A stretch of 64,000 nucleotides of DNA, from IMG/VR virus record IMGVR_UViG_3300050821_002957, positions 248,001 through 312,000 of that record, one strand, 5' to 3'. The number at the start of each line of letters is the position of its first letter. Position 1 is the stretch's first letter. Positions 55,112-64,000 of the stretch are shown here, piece after piece. The position numbers were made by a program, and so were the translations under genes. The notes beneath the pieces are model-generated. The model saw only the letters and a program-made list of their open reading frames with translations. It was not told the origin of the DNA and did no database searches.

Positions 55112-55759
55112 TCATACTTTGGCATCGCTCTCGCCGGTCAGGATTGCAGAGATGAAATGAGTACGGGGTGGCAAATCCGCAATTTGAATGTCTTCCTTTT
55201 CCCGGCCACCTGTCTCTGGATTGGTAATGAAGTCCCGCTGTGAAATCGTGGTCCAGCGGTCTACAAAACATGTTTCGATATCCAACGTATTTTCGACGCA
55301 ATAATCACGGCACAAAATAACGATGGTATCAATAACACCTGGATGAATGTTTGCAGCGTAAAGAAATTGATCCGACAAACTTCCCAAATGTTTGCCAAGC
55401 AACAGAAGGATGAGTTCAGATTTTGATGGATTGCCTGGAACGTTAGTAGGAAGACGATACGCAGGGAGTGCTTTTAAATCCCGAAAAATTTCTGTGAATG
55501 TGGCGATCCGACCAACCCGAGCACAGAATTCTGCAAGACCGATGAGCACGTCACCAATTTCTTTTTTCTTTTCGGCCTGCCAGTACTCCCAGGTTCCCCG
55601 AATATTCCCGGATTGCTTCACTTCTACACGTTGAAGTTCGCCAAATTCTTCTCCGATGGCAAGAAGATCATGAGCATCGGTGCCGGTTGGATAATTACGA
55701 AGATGCCATTGATGCAATTCGTTTACGAGGTCGCTAATGACAATTTTGGTGATGTCCAT
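55112..55759 (-). CDS. MazG-like NTP pyrophosphohydrolase
   Basis: IGEEFGEL...KKEIGDVLI. Confidence 0.65.
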   Translation of the reverse strand: MDITKIVISDLVNELHQWHLRNYPTGTDAHDLLAIGEEFGELQRVEVKQSGNIRGTWEYWQAEKKKEIGDVLIGLAEFCARVGRIATFTEIFRDLKALPAYRLPTNVPGNPSKSELILLLLGKHLGSLSDQFLYAANIHPGVIDTIVILCRDYCVENTLDIETCFVDRWTTISQRDFITNPETGGREKEDIQIADLPPRTHFISAILTGESDAKV

Positions 55760-55785
55760 ACACCCTCATTCTACACCAAAAATAG

Positions 55786-56010
55786 AAAAGCGCAAGGTCT
55801 ATTAAACCCTGCGCTTCTGGTGCATTGCGTGTTCCGGTGGTATCGTCACATGCACGTTAGACGTTTCTACGTGTTCGGGTCTTTCTCCCGACTAGCCTTT
55901 TCCCTGCACCTAGTGACCGTCTCCTAATCCCAGAATATTCTCAAGCGATCAGTAATTAGCTGCGTAGCTCTACCTTTTTCCAGATACGTCCGTATGACGG
56001 CTGCTTGCTC
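55786..56010 (-). ncRNA. Candidate structured RNA ending in a terminator
   Basis: ~200-nt intergenic stretch with several hairpins; AAGCGCA/UGCGCUU terminator. Confidence 0.35.
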
Positions 56011-56761
56011 AACTACCGATTCAGTGTAGCAGGTTCTTCAGATTTCTTTTCAAATTTCCGCTTTACCTTGCTGGTAGAATCAACGTAGATGTTGAGATTC
56101 TTTACGTCCCCAACATATTTTGAAACCGCCTGAACCCATTCCCGAGTCGGCGTGGCTCTCAACGTATGAGTTCCCTTCTCGGTGCCCTTACGAATTTCTT
56201 CCCGAAGGGTCTCAGGAATCATCTGCCAATGCTTCGGGCACAATAATGCTTTGCCCCGAGTGTTTTCGTCGCAAATACGAACGATACATGCCATGCTAAA
56301 AATAGCTCCTATGTGATACTGCTACTGAAATTTGTCGAACTACTACATGTCGCCAAATTACTTACAAACGTCGAACCACCGTTCAAATTTTCATTGACGC
56401 TCAGACAACTGCCACCGATGGTATAACTACCGTTGTCAGTCGCCGTCGTCGTTCCTGTGTACGTAATCTGAGTTCCATACGGCCATGTGTTAGGTGACGT
56501 ATATGGATAATACGGATAGTAGTTTGGGTAATGATTCTTCGTGCAAGGGTTTTCGATGTAGCGAATCGTTTCCGGCCCAGGAATGAACCTGATGGTTTCC
56601 TTGTCCGATTCTACTTCGACAACTCGAATTGTTTCTTTTGGCTCCGGGACCGTGATCGTCACCTTTTTGCCGTCTTCTGATACTTTTACCTGCGCCTCGC
56701 CAGGGATTTCAATTTCTATTCCATTTAAGTTTAACGTCATGTTGATCTCCTGTCAAGTTCC

Positions 56762-57385
56762 TTACTTATTCAATTCTGCTTCATTGACATCACAGGCTAA
56801 GTTGCTGGTCATATAGTTTCCACTGAGAGCCGATGACGTATAGGTGCTACGGACAGCGCTCATTGCATTCATCGCCATTCCAGTGTTGGCTACGGTATAG
56901 TTGACGGCATTCGATACGCCAATATCCTTCGCCGCCGCCCATGCATCTTGATTGGCACCGAAGTAGACGAAGCCCCATTTGTTTTCATCCTGACGAATTT
57001 TGATCAACGTCTGGATTGCTGCACGCTTCCATTCTCTAGAAGCATTTTCACGTCCGTCTGTCATGATTGTAACCATGACATCAGTCTCACCCCTGGTAGC
57101 CGTAGAAATAGTTGCACCAATGGCATCGAACAATGCTGTCCCGCCGTCTGGGGAATATGTGTTTTTGTTAAGTTTTTGAACTTGTGCGAGTGGAACATCG
57201 GTGAATACCTTTTCCACTTTTTCTGAGAACTTGGTGAGAGATACAAGGTAGGTAACTTCACCTGCCTTCTCTTCTTTCGCCATCATTTGTAACTGTTCAT
57301 TGAATCCATCGATTACGACTTGTTGCTGATTGAGCATCGAGCCGGATTCGTCAAGGATAAACTTCTGCTTAATTGTCTTAGCCAT
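56762..57385 (-). CDS. vWA domain protein
   Basis: FILDESGSM MIDAS, GGTALFDAIG, TDGRENAS, W.F.Y.GAN. Confidence 0.9.
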   Translation of the reverse strand: MAKTIKQKFILDESGSMLNQQQVVIDGFNEQLQMMAKEEKAGEVTYLVSLTKFSEKVEKVFTDVPLAQVQKLNKNTYSPDGGTALFDAIGATISTATRGETDVMVTIMTDGRENASREWKRAAIQTLIKIRQDENKWGFVYFGANQDAWAAAKDIGVSNAVNYTVANTGMAMNAMSAVRSTYTSSALSGNYMTSNLACDVNEAELNK

Positions 57386-58164
57386 TCTGTAGTGGCCTCC
57401 TGTATTGAATTGCAAAGTGACGTACTGCATTACCCGCACTTCTGTTTTATATAGACAGGAGATTTTAGACAAAAAGGTGGGATGAAAAAGAAAAAGCGCA
57501 GGGTCCGGGAATGACCATTGCGCCTCTTCTCGACGTTTTCTCCTTGTGCTACCACAGACGCACCGATTAAAGTGCCGGGGCGACGATCCCCAAAGGAGTT
57601 TGGCTTGCGCCTTAAACACGTCCAGAGATTCCCGCTCCAAACGCTTCCACTTCGGTGTAGGTCCGCAGTGGTCAGTTACGCCCTCTCGTCAAGCGAGTGC
57701 GCTCTATTTTTATCGATGTCCGAGACAGGAATTTAACCTGCATACTCCGAAGTTGGATGCTATTCTACGGTGCGGACATGCCCACGATCCGTTTCAGCTA
57801 CTTTCGGACAAACTTTATACACGGTGGTGCATCTTATACTTCTTGGATCGAAACCCAAGCGGGGACGGAGTATGCCGCATCGAGAGCATTGAACGGTTGC
57901 AGGACGTTACTCCCTTGGCCTGTATTCTCGACTTCCTTCTGGTCCGTAAGCCCGACTACCAGAAACTCACCAAAACCTACTTGTCGGCGGGAGGGATTTT
58001 TCACTTGCTAAATCCAGTCCGCTTATCCGGTGGGACCTATCCTTTTCAGGGCCGACGAGAAATCCGGGGCGCTTTCGTTAAGCTATCGTTCATGACCGAC
58101 CTGGAGTGCCAGGATCTTCCCCGTATCGAAGAACGGAGCACACTGCGCTCGACGTTCAAACTAA

Positions 58165-58358
58165 TTGGAAGAGAGGACTTCACTTATAGTTGTTCCAACA
58201 CTCCGACGTTGCAACATCGAAGCCAAGCTGACTTTCCAGCTTCCGTAGTTGACTATCTAGAATTCGTCTAACTCTGCGGAGTCGAACCGCTCTCGCCCCT
58301 CAACGGGGCTGTGCTTCCGTTACACTAAGTGAGCAACTACGTGTCTTCTCTCTTCCAA
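58165..58358 (-). ncRNA. ~195-nt RNA with long terminal stem enclosing a tRNA-like domain
   Basis: UUGGAAGAGAG/CUCUCUUCCAA; inner GUGU-AACGGAA-GCAC D arm, GCCCC-GUUGA-GGGGC, GCGG-UUCGACU-CCGC T arm. Confidence 0.65.
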
Positions 58359-58661
58359 AAATCCACGGTCACTGCTTGCCTATGGAACCCTCATCACATT
58401 CGACATCTCTGCGATTTGAGGTAGCACTTTCCAGGTGCCCTTTATACCCTTACCGACATGCAGCGACCACTAAAAATTCCGGCTGGACTGCGCTGAACGA
58501 GGCCGGTTCGCTATTTCCTGTTCAACTAGATGATGGTAGCTTACCACCATCACGTCGGCTCTTACGCCGCAAGATTGTGCGCTATTACACTTCACATGGT
58601 GTTTAGTCACAATCCAGCCTAATCGACGAACGGAGCATACTGCGCTCTACGTTCAAAATCC

Positions 58662-58730
58662 GTAGTGTCCTGCCATTAGACGACCGGAACGTTACGTTCC
58701 GAGAGGGACTCGAACCCCCATTTCCACTAT
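58662..58730 (-). ncRNA. Circularly permuted tRNA-like module 2 (closed acceptor stem)
   Basis: GGGGG-UUCGAGU-CCCUC; UCGGAACG-UAA-CGUUCCGG; UC-GUCUAAUGGCAGGAC. Confidence 0.8.
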
Positions 58731-58731
58731 C

Positions 58732-58784
58732 GGTGCCGTCCTGCCATTAGACGATTTTCAGAGGAGTCGAACCCCATTTGCACC
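58732..58784 (-). ncRNA. Minimal permuted T-arm/D-arm module 3 (no acceptor stem)
   Basis: GGUGC..GGGG-UUCGACU-CCUC-UGAAAA-UCGUCUAAUGGCAGGAC-GGCACC. Confidence 0.7.
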
Positions 58785-59799
58785 TTCTCCGCATCTTGGA
58801 GGAAGCTACGTGAGTGCTTCACCTATGGGTTTACCAGTGCTCTTTCGAGTTGGTTTCCATGTCTGCCGTCGCACGTCGGTATCAGCCTTTCGGTCCTAAC
58901 ACTCCAAGAAAACTTAAATGTGATGGCCCTTCTACGCCAGTCCTTTTCACGTCTTCTCTAGATCGCAGGCTCTCTCGTCTCAAGGACCATCACAAAACAA
59001 ATTGGTAGCAGGTAACCCTTCGTGCCTTGAAGGATTTTACAGAGTGCTCGTCCAACCTTGCTACCAAAAAATCTACATTTGGCGAAAAACTGGACCATGC
59101 CATTTCCAGGCTTGGCGGCGACTCATCTTGTCTCGACTTCGGGATCGCCCTTCACCCTATCCCATGTTCTTCCGGTTTCTATCCCGGCCTGTTAAGCACC
59201 AAACAAAACTGCGACTTCCAGTCTTTGTAATCCTTTATGGTCGCTGTCCGCTCTGGCTGCTCTGCGCTGCCCTCTCAACAAACCCAGGATAACAAACCTA
59301 CGCTTCCATGTCAATAGCTACATCATCTTTTTTTGAATTATTTTCGACGATCCAGGGAACCTCGATTTTGACCTGTTTTTCTCGTTCCAACCAAAACCAC
59401 GCCATCTTGGTAAGACCGTAGACATGGTTCGTAGGATCGCCACCATTGAGCCTACAGAGCGCTATAGCGAATCGATTTGCATGGACCCAGGCCCAACCCC
59501 ATTTTTCGGCACCGGCAAGGTGGAGGGCATTGAGATCCTCAACAGGCCGATCCAAAATAACCAACATATTTTCGCATTGATCAGGTGGGAGAGAATGGAT
59601 GCGCTCGCCACAAATAAATTTTGCATGTTCTGAAACTTCAACCGTGGGATCGTTCAAGAATTTAACAGCGGCTTCATTGTCTTCAGCGACAAACCCCCAA
59701 ATACCGAAGCCATCGCAAACGGGACAAGTATCAGTTCCTCGAATGCGTCCCGAGCCTTTACATAAATCGCAGGGTCCATAGGTCATGAACCCATTTAGA

Positions 59800-60555
59800 T
59801 CACTTGATTGGAGCGTATCCCATTTCGACAGCGTTGTAGGTCACACCGTTGATAGAAATTTGAACAAAAGTGATCTTAGAAATTGCAGCCAAGGCAACTG
59901 CTGCTGGAATCGCATTCGGTGGAACAACGGCATTGATCTGATAGAGACCCACGAAATCCGGCGATAATCCTGAAAACAAAACTTTAGCAGGTTCGCCAGC
60001 AATCGTGACGGTCGGTATGTCCACTGTATAGGCCAACTGAGTAGCCGACGCAGGTACACCATCTGTCTGTGTGACTGTAACCGGCCCCAGACCTGTACAA
60101 TAAATTTGTATCACTTGCCCAAGAGTTACTGGGTTCGTATAATCAACCAATTTGTAATTCACATCAAGAATTGCGCCTTGCTGGGTCACTGTATTAGTTT
60201 CAAAAATCGAAGCTGCGGTAGATGCAATTGGAAAGAGAGCAGAATTGTTGCCTACGGTGATAAGTGCATTCGGAGAAGAAGTATTGGTCTCCCACGGAAT
60301 CTGAAGATTAATCTGAGTAGACGAGACGTAATAAAGAGGCGCTGCAAGGCCATTCACTAAAACTTGAATGCCACCAAGTGTCTTTGGAAGAGTTGCTGGT
60401 GCTACAGTGGTCGGCACACCAGGAAAGGTTCCGTAAATCGTTGCTGCCCCGCCAGGAGCCGCCAGACCATATCCAGTCCCACTTACGAGACCTGCAATCG
60501 AGTTCTGCGAGAAACTCATCACGGCCATAAAGACCAACATCAAAAACTGCTTCAT
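59800..60555 (-). CDS. Secreted TIGR03437-type (Solibacter/Acidobacteria C-terminal Ig-like domain) protein
   Basis: Signal peptide; APLYYVS..QINLQIPWE, IQIYCTGLG, TVTI.G..A.VLFSGL.P.FVGLYQINA.VP. Confidence 0.82.
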   Translation of the reverse strand: MKQFLMLVFMAVMSFSQNSIAGLVSGTGYGLAAPGGAATIYGTFPGVPTTVAPATLPKTLGGIQVLVNGLAAPLYYVSSTQINLQIPWETNTSSPNALITVGNNSALFPIASTAASIFETNTVTQQGAILDVNYKLVDYTNPVTLGQVIQIYCTGLGPVTVTQTDGVPASATQLAYTVDIPTVTIAGEPAKVLFSGLSPDFVGLYQINAVVPPNAIPAAVALAAISKITFVQISINGVTYNAVEMGYAPIK

Positions 60556-61015
60556 AATAATAACCTTCCTCACTACATCTTATAAATTTCTATGGCGTCA
60601 TCAAGGAGCGCCTGAAGTTGTTCTGCCTTATCATACAACAGAAAGGCTTGTTCAAAAAGTTCTGGGTTTGCTTTAGCTTGTTCTGCTTCTTGTCGAATAC
60701 TTGCAATCTGCTGTTCTAGATGCTGTCTAGCTGTCTGTGTTGCTGCTGCGGTAGCATTCATAATGATTAATCAATGTACATGGAAATTCTTGGAGGAACG
60801 CATCCCTCAGGGACATAACAAAAATCGCCGGGACCAAGTTCACCATTCAGTGCTTTGAATAGATCCTTGTCGCCAATGAGTCTTGTCATATTAGACCTAG
60901 AGTTTGATCCAATGAAAACAGTGTTATCGTAGGAAATCATAAAAAATTTGGCCGAATGAACTTTGCTCAGAAACATCCGGCCCTCTTTCACGCATTCATC
61001 ATTCGTAAAAGAAAT

Positions 61016-62089
61016 TTAGCGTTGCAAGTGACGTTGATTGACTATTGCACGGTACGGAAATTCTTTATTGATTCCCAACCAGTTGCACCATGCCTCGAAA
61101 GAACCAGCATTGTGGGTATCGAGTGCAATGAGTCCGTCTTGCGGTGCTCTCGGATCGAATAGAAGCTGACGCCCGACACGAGCCATATCCGGCACATTGT
61201 CAGAGTAAGCCTTCCAGTATTCAGGACACCAGTCGAGTGCATCACTTACAACAGATGGTACACCTTCGGCAATTCCATCAGCAGTGACCATATTGAACGA
61301 TTCGGTGTAACTGCCCTGAATCAACAGGTGCATCTTTCTGACGACATCCCTAAACTGCGGCCATGTTGCCCATCCAAGTTCTTTCAGTGTGAAACCAGGA
61401 ATGCCCTGAGTCATCGCACGAACAGAATTCAAAATTGTGTTTCCGCCGCCTTCGGTCCTTCCACCACTGACCCAAAATTCGGTATCAACTTTGAGTTCTT
61501 CGTGAAGTTCTAGTGCTGCACCGGCTGCGCTCATCAAGTTCTTTTGTGGACGAGTTGCACCAAATGCACCGATCTTCAGAACGCCACCGCCATAGACAGG
61601 CTTGTTCGGTGACACAGTATAGTCGAGATAGTACATGTTCGGTAGGTAGGTGCAGGGAGCTTGATACGCCTGACGGACCCACAGAATAAACTTGGAAGAA
61701 TTTCCTGCGATGTTAAAGTTCAACGAACCCAATTCCAGGTCGATGTACTCACGCATCAATTTTACGCCATTTGTGTCGGCCTGTAAGAATCCGACATTGC
61801 TGTGACAATTTACAGCAAACTGAACATTGTGATACTTATAGGTAATCGCCTGTAACTCTCTCGTAGGAATCCAGGGCGCAGCGATTTCGACGTGCGTCAC
61901 TGTAGGATTCTTGTCAAGAAATGCATCAAGGGCTGCGGAGTTCAAGATTGGGAGCACAGTGCATTTGATTCCGTGCTTGTTTAAAATCTTGGCGATGTTG
62001 AGGGCTGCTACACCAAGCCCTATGTGGGAAATTCCCGCAAAGGCCGCAAAGTTTTTGTAGCAGAGAACTAGATGAACATTAGGTTGCAT
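61016..62089 (-). CDS. Glycosyltransferase (GT-B, GT4-like)
   Basis: FGATRPQKN, SYTESFNMVTAD.IAEGVP.VVS. Confidence 0.72.
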   Translation of the reverse strand: MQPNVHLVLCYKNFAAFAGISHIGLGVAALNIAKILNKHGIKCTVLPILNSAALDAFLDKNPTVTHVEIAAPWIPTRELQAITYKYHNVQFAVNCHSNVGFLQADTNGVKLMREYIDLELGSLNFNIAGNSSKFILWVRQAYQAPCTYLPNMYYLDYTVSPNKPVYGGGVLKIGAFGATRPQKNLMSAAGAALELHEELKVDTEFWVSGGRTEGGGNTILNSVRAMTQGIPGFTLKELGWATWPQFRDVVRKMHLLIQGSYTESFNMVTADGIAEGVPSVVSDALDWCPEYWKAYSDNVPDMARVGRQLLFDPRAPQDGLIALDTHNAGSFEAWCNWLGINKEFPYRAIVNQRHLQR

Positions 62090-62445
62090 TGGATACCGTC
62101 AAAGGATGAATTTTTCTCTCTGTCAGTAGTTAGCGTAGCATCGATTTTGGATTTGACAAGTCCGCTTACCACTGGAGACTATTTACACCCATCAACAGCT
62201 TGATCATCCAATGTGAGCCGATACCACATTTCCGTTGACAACTTTAAAATTTATCCGAAAAGCGTTGTGGTCATTGTTGAGTGGTTGAAGCCCTGAATGT
62301 TCAACTTTTACGATGAAACCTGCCTGCTGTGCTTTGCTTTGTGCTTCGTCGATTCTCATCCCGACATATTGTGAAACGTCCATAATTTTATACCTATTGT
62401 GACTGACAGGCTTTCCGCCCCGAATTTTTGGTGTTAGGAAATCCA

Positions 62446-62748
62446 TTATTCCTCGTCGTTAATATCTAGCCAATCGGGAGCTTCCCAGGTTCGGTGAATA
62501 ACTCTGACGTAGATTACACCTTCTTCTTCGTCAAGATTCCATTCAAGATCATCGCCAACTTCTATGTTCAATTCACGAACTAATCCATCTGGCAGTGTCA
62601 TCATTCCGTTCGGTTGTATGACACAGGCATATGACCTATTACCAAATCCAGAGTTCACCCAGACACCTAAAATGGGTGGTTCATCATTATCTTCAGTCGG
62701 CTCTTCGTCAAAGTCTTCCGGTTCTAGCTCTGCGTAATCTTCAGCCAT
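62446..62748 (-). CDS. AbrB/MazE-like DNA-binding protein
   Basis: IQPNG.MTLP..LVRELNIEVGDDLEW. Confidence 0.7.
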   Translation of the reverse strand: MAEDYAELEPEDFDEEPTEDNDEPPILGVWVNSGFGNRSYACVIQPNGMMTLPDGLVRELNIEVGDDLEWNLDEEEGVIYVRVIHRTWEAPDWLDINDEE

Positions 62749-63872
62749 TTTCTTCCTACCCGAATCACTGACATTTCTGGCAACGGTTCTTTGAGTCTTG
62801 GATCGATAACTACACTACCATTTACATTTACGGCTCCGCTCTTCACCAGACGACTGCCCTCTGAGACCGAAGATGCCAAACCCATCAGCACCAAGACTCG
62901 ATCCAGGCGTGTATTGACCGAATGAAAAACCGGAATTCTTACAACTGGAATATCGACCGGCGCTTCACGATCTGAAAATCTCTTTGTCCATTCAATTTCA
63001 GCGGTGTCTGCTTTTGGTTCGTCATGTAACCAATGAACAATTCGCCATGCCAAATATTTCTTAGATTGAAATGGTTGAGGATGCCAGCCACATTTATTTG
63101 GAAACAGAACCTCTTGCCATTGGCGCATTACATCATCAGCAATCGACATAACTTTGCTGAACATTTCAAATGGTTCATCCAGCAAACCAATGTGATTACC
63201 GAACGACTTGGACATCTTTCGACCGTCCGTACCAAACAACAAAGGAACCGTCGCAATAACCTGAGGTTTCTCACCACGATCATGCATGTACATCCGGCCC
63301 ATCAGCATGTTGTAAAATTGATCGTTGCCGCCAAGTTCAATATCTACACCTTCTCTGAAAGAGTCATATGCCTGAAGCATGGGGTATAACATCTCATGCA
63401 TAAAGACCGGAGTGTTTGTTACCTTGCGTTCTTTAAAATCGTCACGGCCACCGATTTGACTGAGGGTGAAATGGGACATGAGACGAATTACATCTTGCAT
63501 CTTCATCTCGTCAAACCATTCGGCATTCTTTTTGACGACGGTTTTGGTTCGATCCAAAATTTTGAAAGCCTGTGTCATATAGCTCCAGGCGTTCGTATTG
63601 ATTTCATCGTCAGAAAGCGCAGGCCGAAGCTGATTGCGCCCGGTCGGATCACCAATCGATGCTGTGGTGTTGCCGACGATCATCACAATGGTGTGCCCAG
63701 CATCCTGAAATTCACGCATCTTTTTCAACAGCACAGCATGACCAAGATGTAGGTCTGGTGCTGTGGGATCGAATCCGGCTTTCACACGTAACGGATGACC
63801 TGACGCAATAAGAGCATCAAACTCCTTTTCGTCGAGGAGTTGCGTAAACCCGGATTTGAGTGATTGTTGCAC
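62724..63872 (-). CDS. tyrS: Tyrosyl-tRNA synthetase
   Basis: GFDPTAPDLHLGH, GDPTGR, YP.LQAYD, GG.DQ, KMSKS, C-terminal S4 domain. Confidence 0.97.
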   Translation of the reverse strand: MQQSLKSGFTQLLDEKEFDALIASGHPLRVKAGFDPTAPDLHLGHAVLLKKMREFQDAGHTIVMIVGNTTASIGDPTGRNQLRPALSDDEINTNAWSYMTQAFKILDRTKTVVKKNAEWFDEMKMQDVIRLMSHFTLSQIGGRDDFKERKVTNTPVFMHEMLYPMLQAYDSFREGVDIELGGNDQFYNMLMGRMYMHDRGEKPQVIATVPLLFGTDGRKMSKSFGNHIGLLDEPFEMFSKVMSIADDVMRQWQEVLFPNKCGWHPQPFQSKKYLAWRIVHWLHDEPKADTAEIEWTKRFSDREAPVDIPVVRIPVFHSVNTRLDRVLVLMGLASSVSEGSRLVKSGAVNVNGSVVIDPRLKEPLPEMSVIRVGRKWLKITQS

Positions 63873-64000
63873 CCAACTAGTTTAGCATATGAAAATTAAT
63901 CGTCAACCACTTTACCGCCTCGGATCACTTGTGCATTGAACGTGACTTTGGCAGTTCCGGCGAAAGGACTCATTGGTTGCGGTCGGCCTTCAGAATCGGT

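Larger units (their letters stand above)
57485..59290 (-). ncRNA. Array of small structured RNAs closed by terminal helices, ending at a terminator
   Basis: ~1.8 kb with no credible ORF; many enclosed helices separated by U-rich linkers; terminator 57485..57523. Confidence 0.65.

Noticed and set aside
57716-57780. Functional tRNA
   Set aside because: T-arm-like and acceptor-like stems only; no D arm, anticodon loop or CCA; counted as an array unit
58131-58157. Iron-responsive-element mimic (C bulge, CAGUG loop)
   Set aside because: The loop is 5 nt rather than 6, and the other two copies lack the bulged C and CAGUG
57546-58271. 241-aa plus-strand ORF
   Set aside because: No recognisable motif, and it is antisense to clear minus-strand RNA structures
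1-64000. Stop-codon recoding
   Set aside because: Conserved genes are full length in the standard code, all three stops terminate genes, and no suppressor tRNA was found

Overview
64 kb accessory region of a large T4-like (jumbo) phage. Evidence: isolated gp53-like wedge and hub-like genes, TAAATA late promoters, GIY-YIG/HNH endonucleases, and dense small minus-strand ORFs. The host is probably an Acidobacterium, inferred from a TIGR03437-type protein. The standard genetic code fits. The most striking content is an RNA-centred module. A Ro60/Rsr (TROVE) gene is followed by tRNAs interleaved with four paralogous Y-RNA-like stems, a circularly permuted tRNA module and a ~530-nt pseudoknotted ROOL-like RNA. 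A second ~1.8 kb array of small structured RNAs (57.5-59.3 kb) carries more permuted tRNA-elbow mimics. Nine tRNA genes are present, several of them non-canonical. The window also encodes TyrRS, a CCA-adding enzyme with a capsid-targeting-like N-terminus, an Acb1/57B phosphodiesterase, a macrodomain, an ADP-ribosylglycohydrolase, Nudix, MazG, dUTPase, ClpP, a single-domain Clp ATPase, Hsp20 and a circularly permuted HAD nucleotidase. A 12-bp palindrome (TAGATGCATCTA) marks about 10 sigma70-type promoters, and many early and late genes look leaderless. All assignments come from reading motifs by eye; no searches or folding programs were run.
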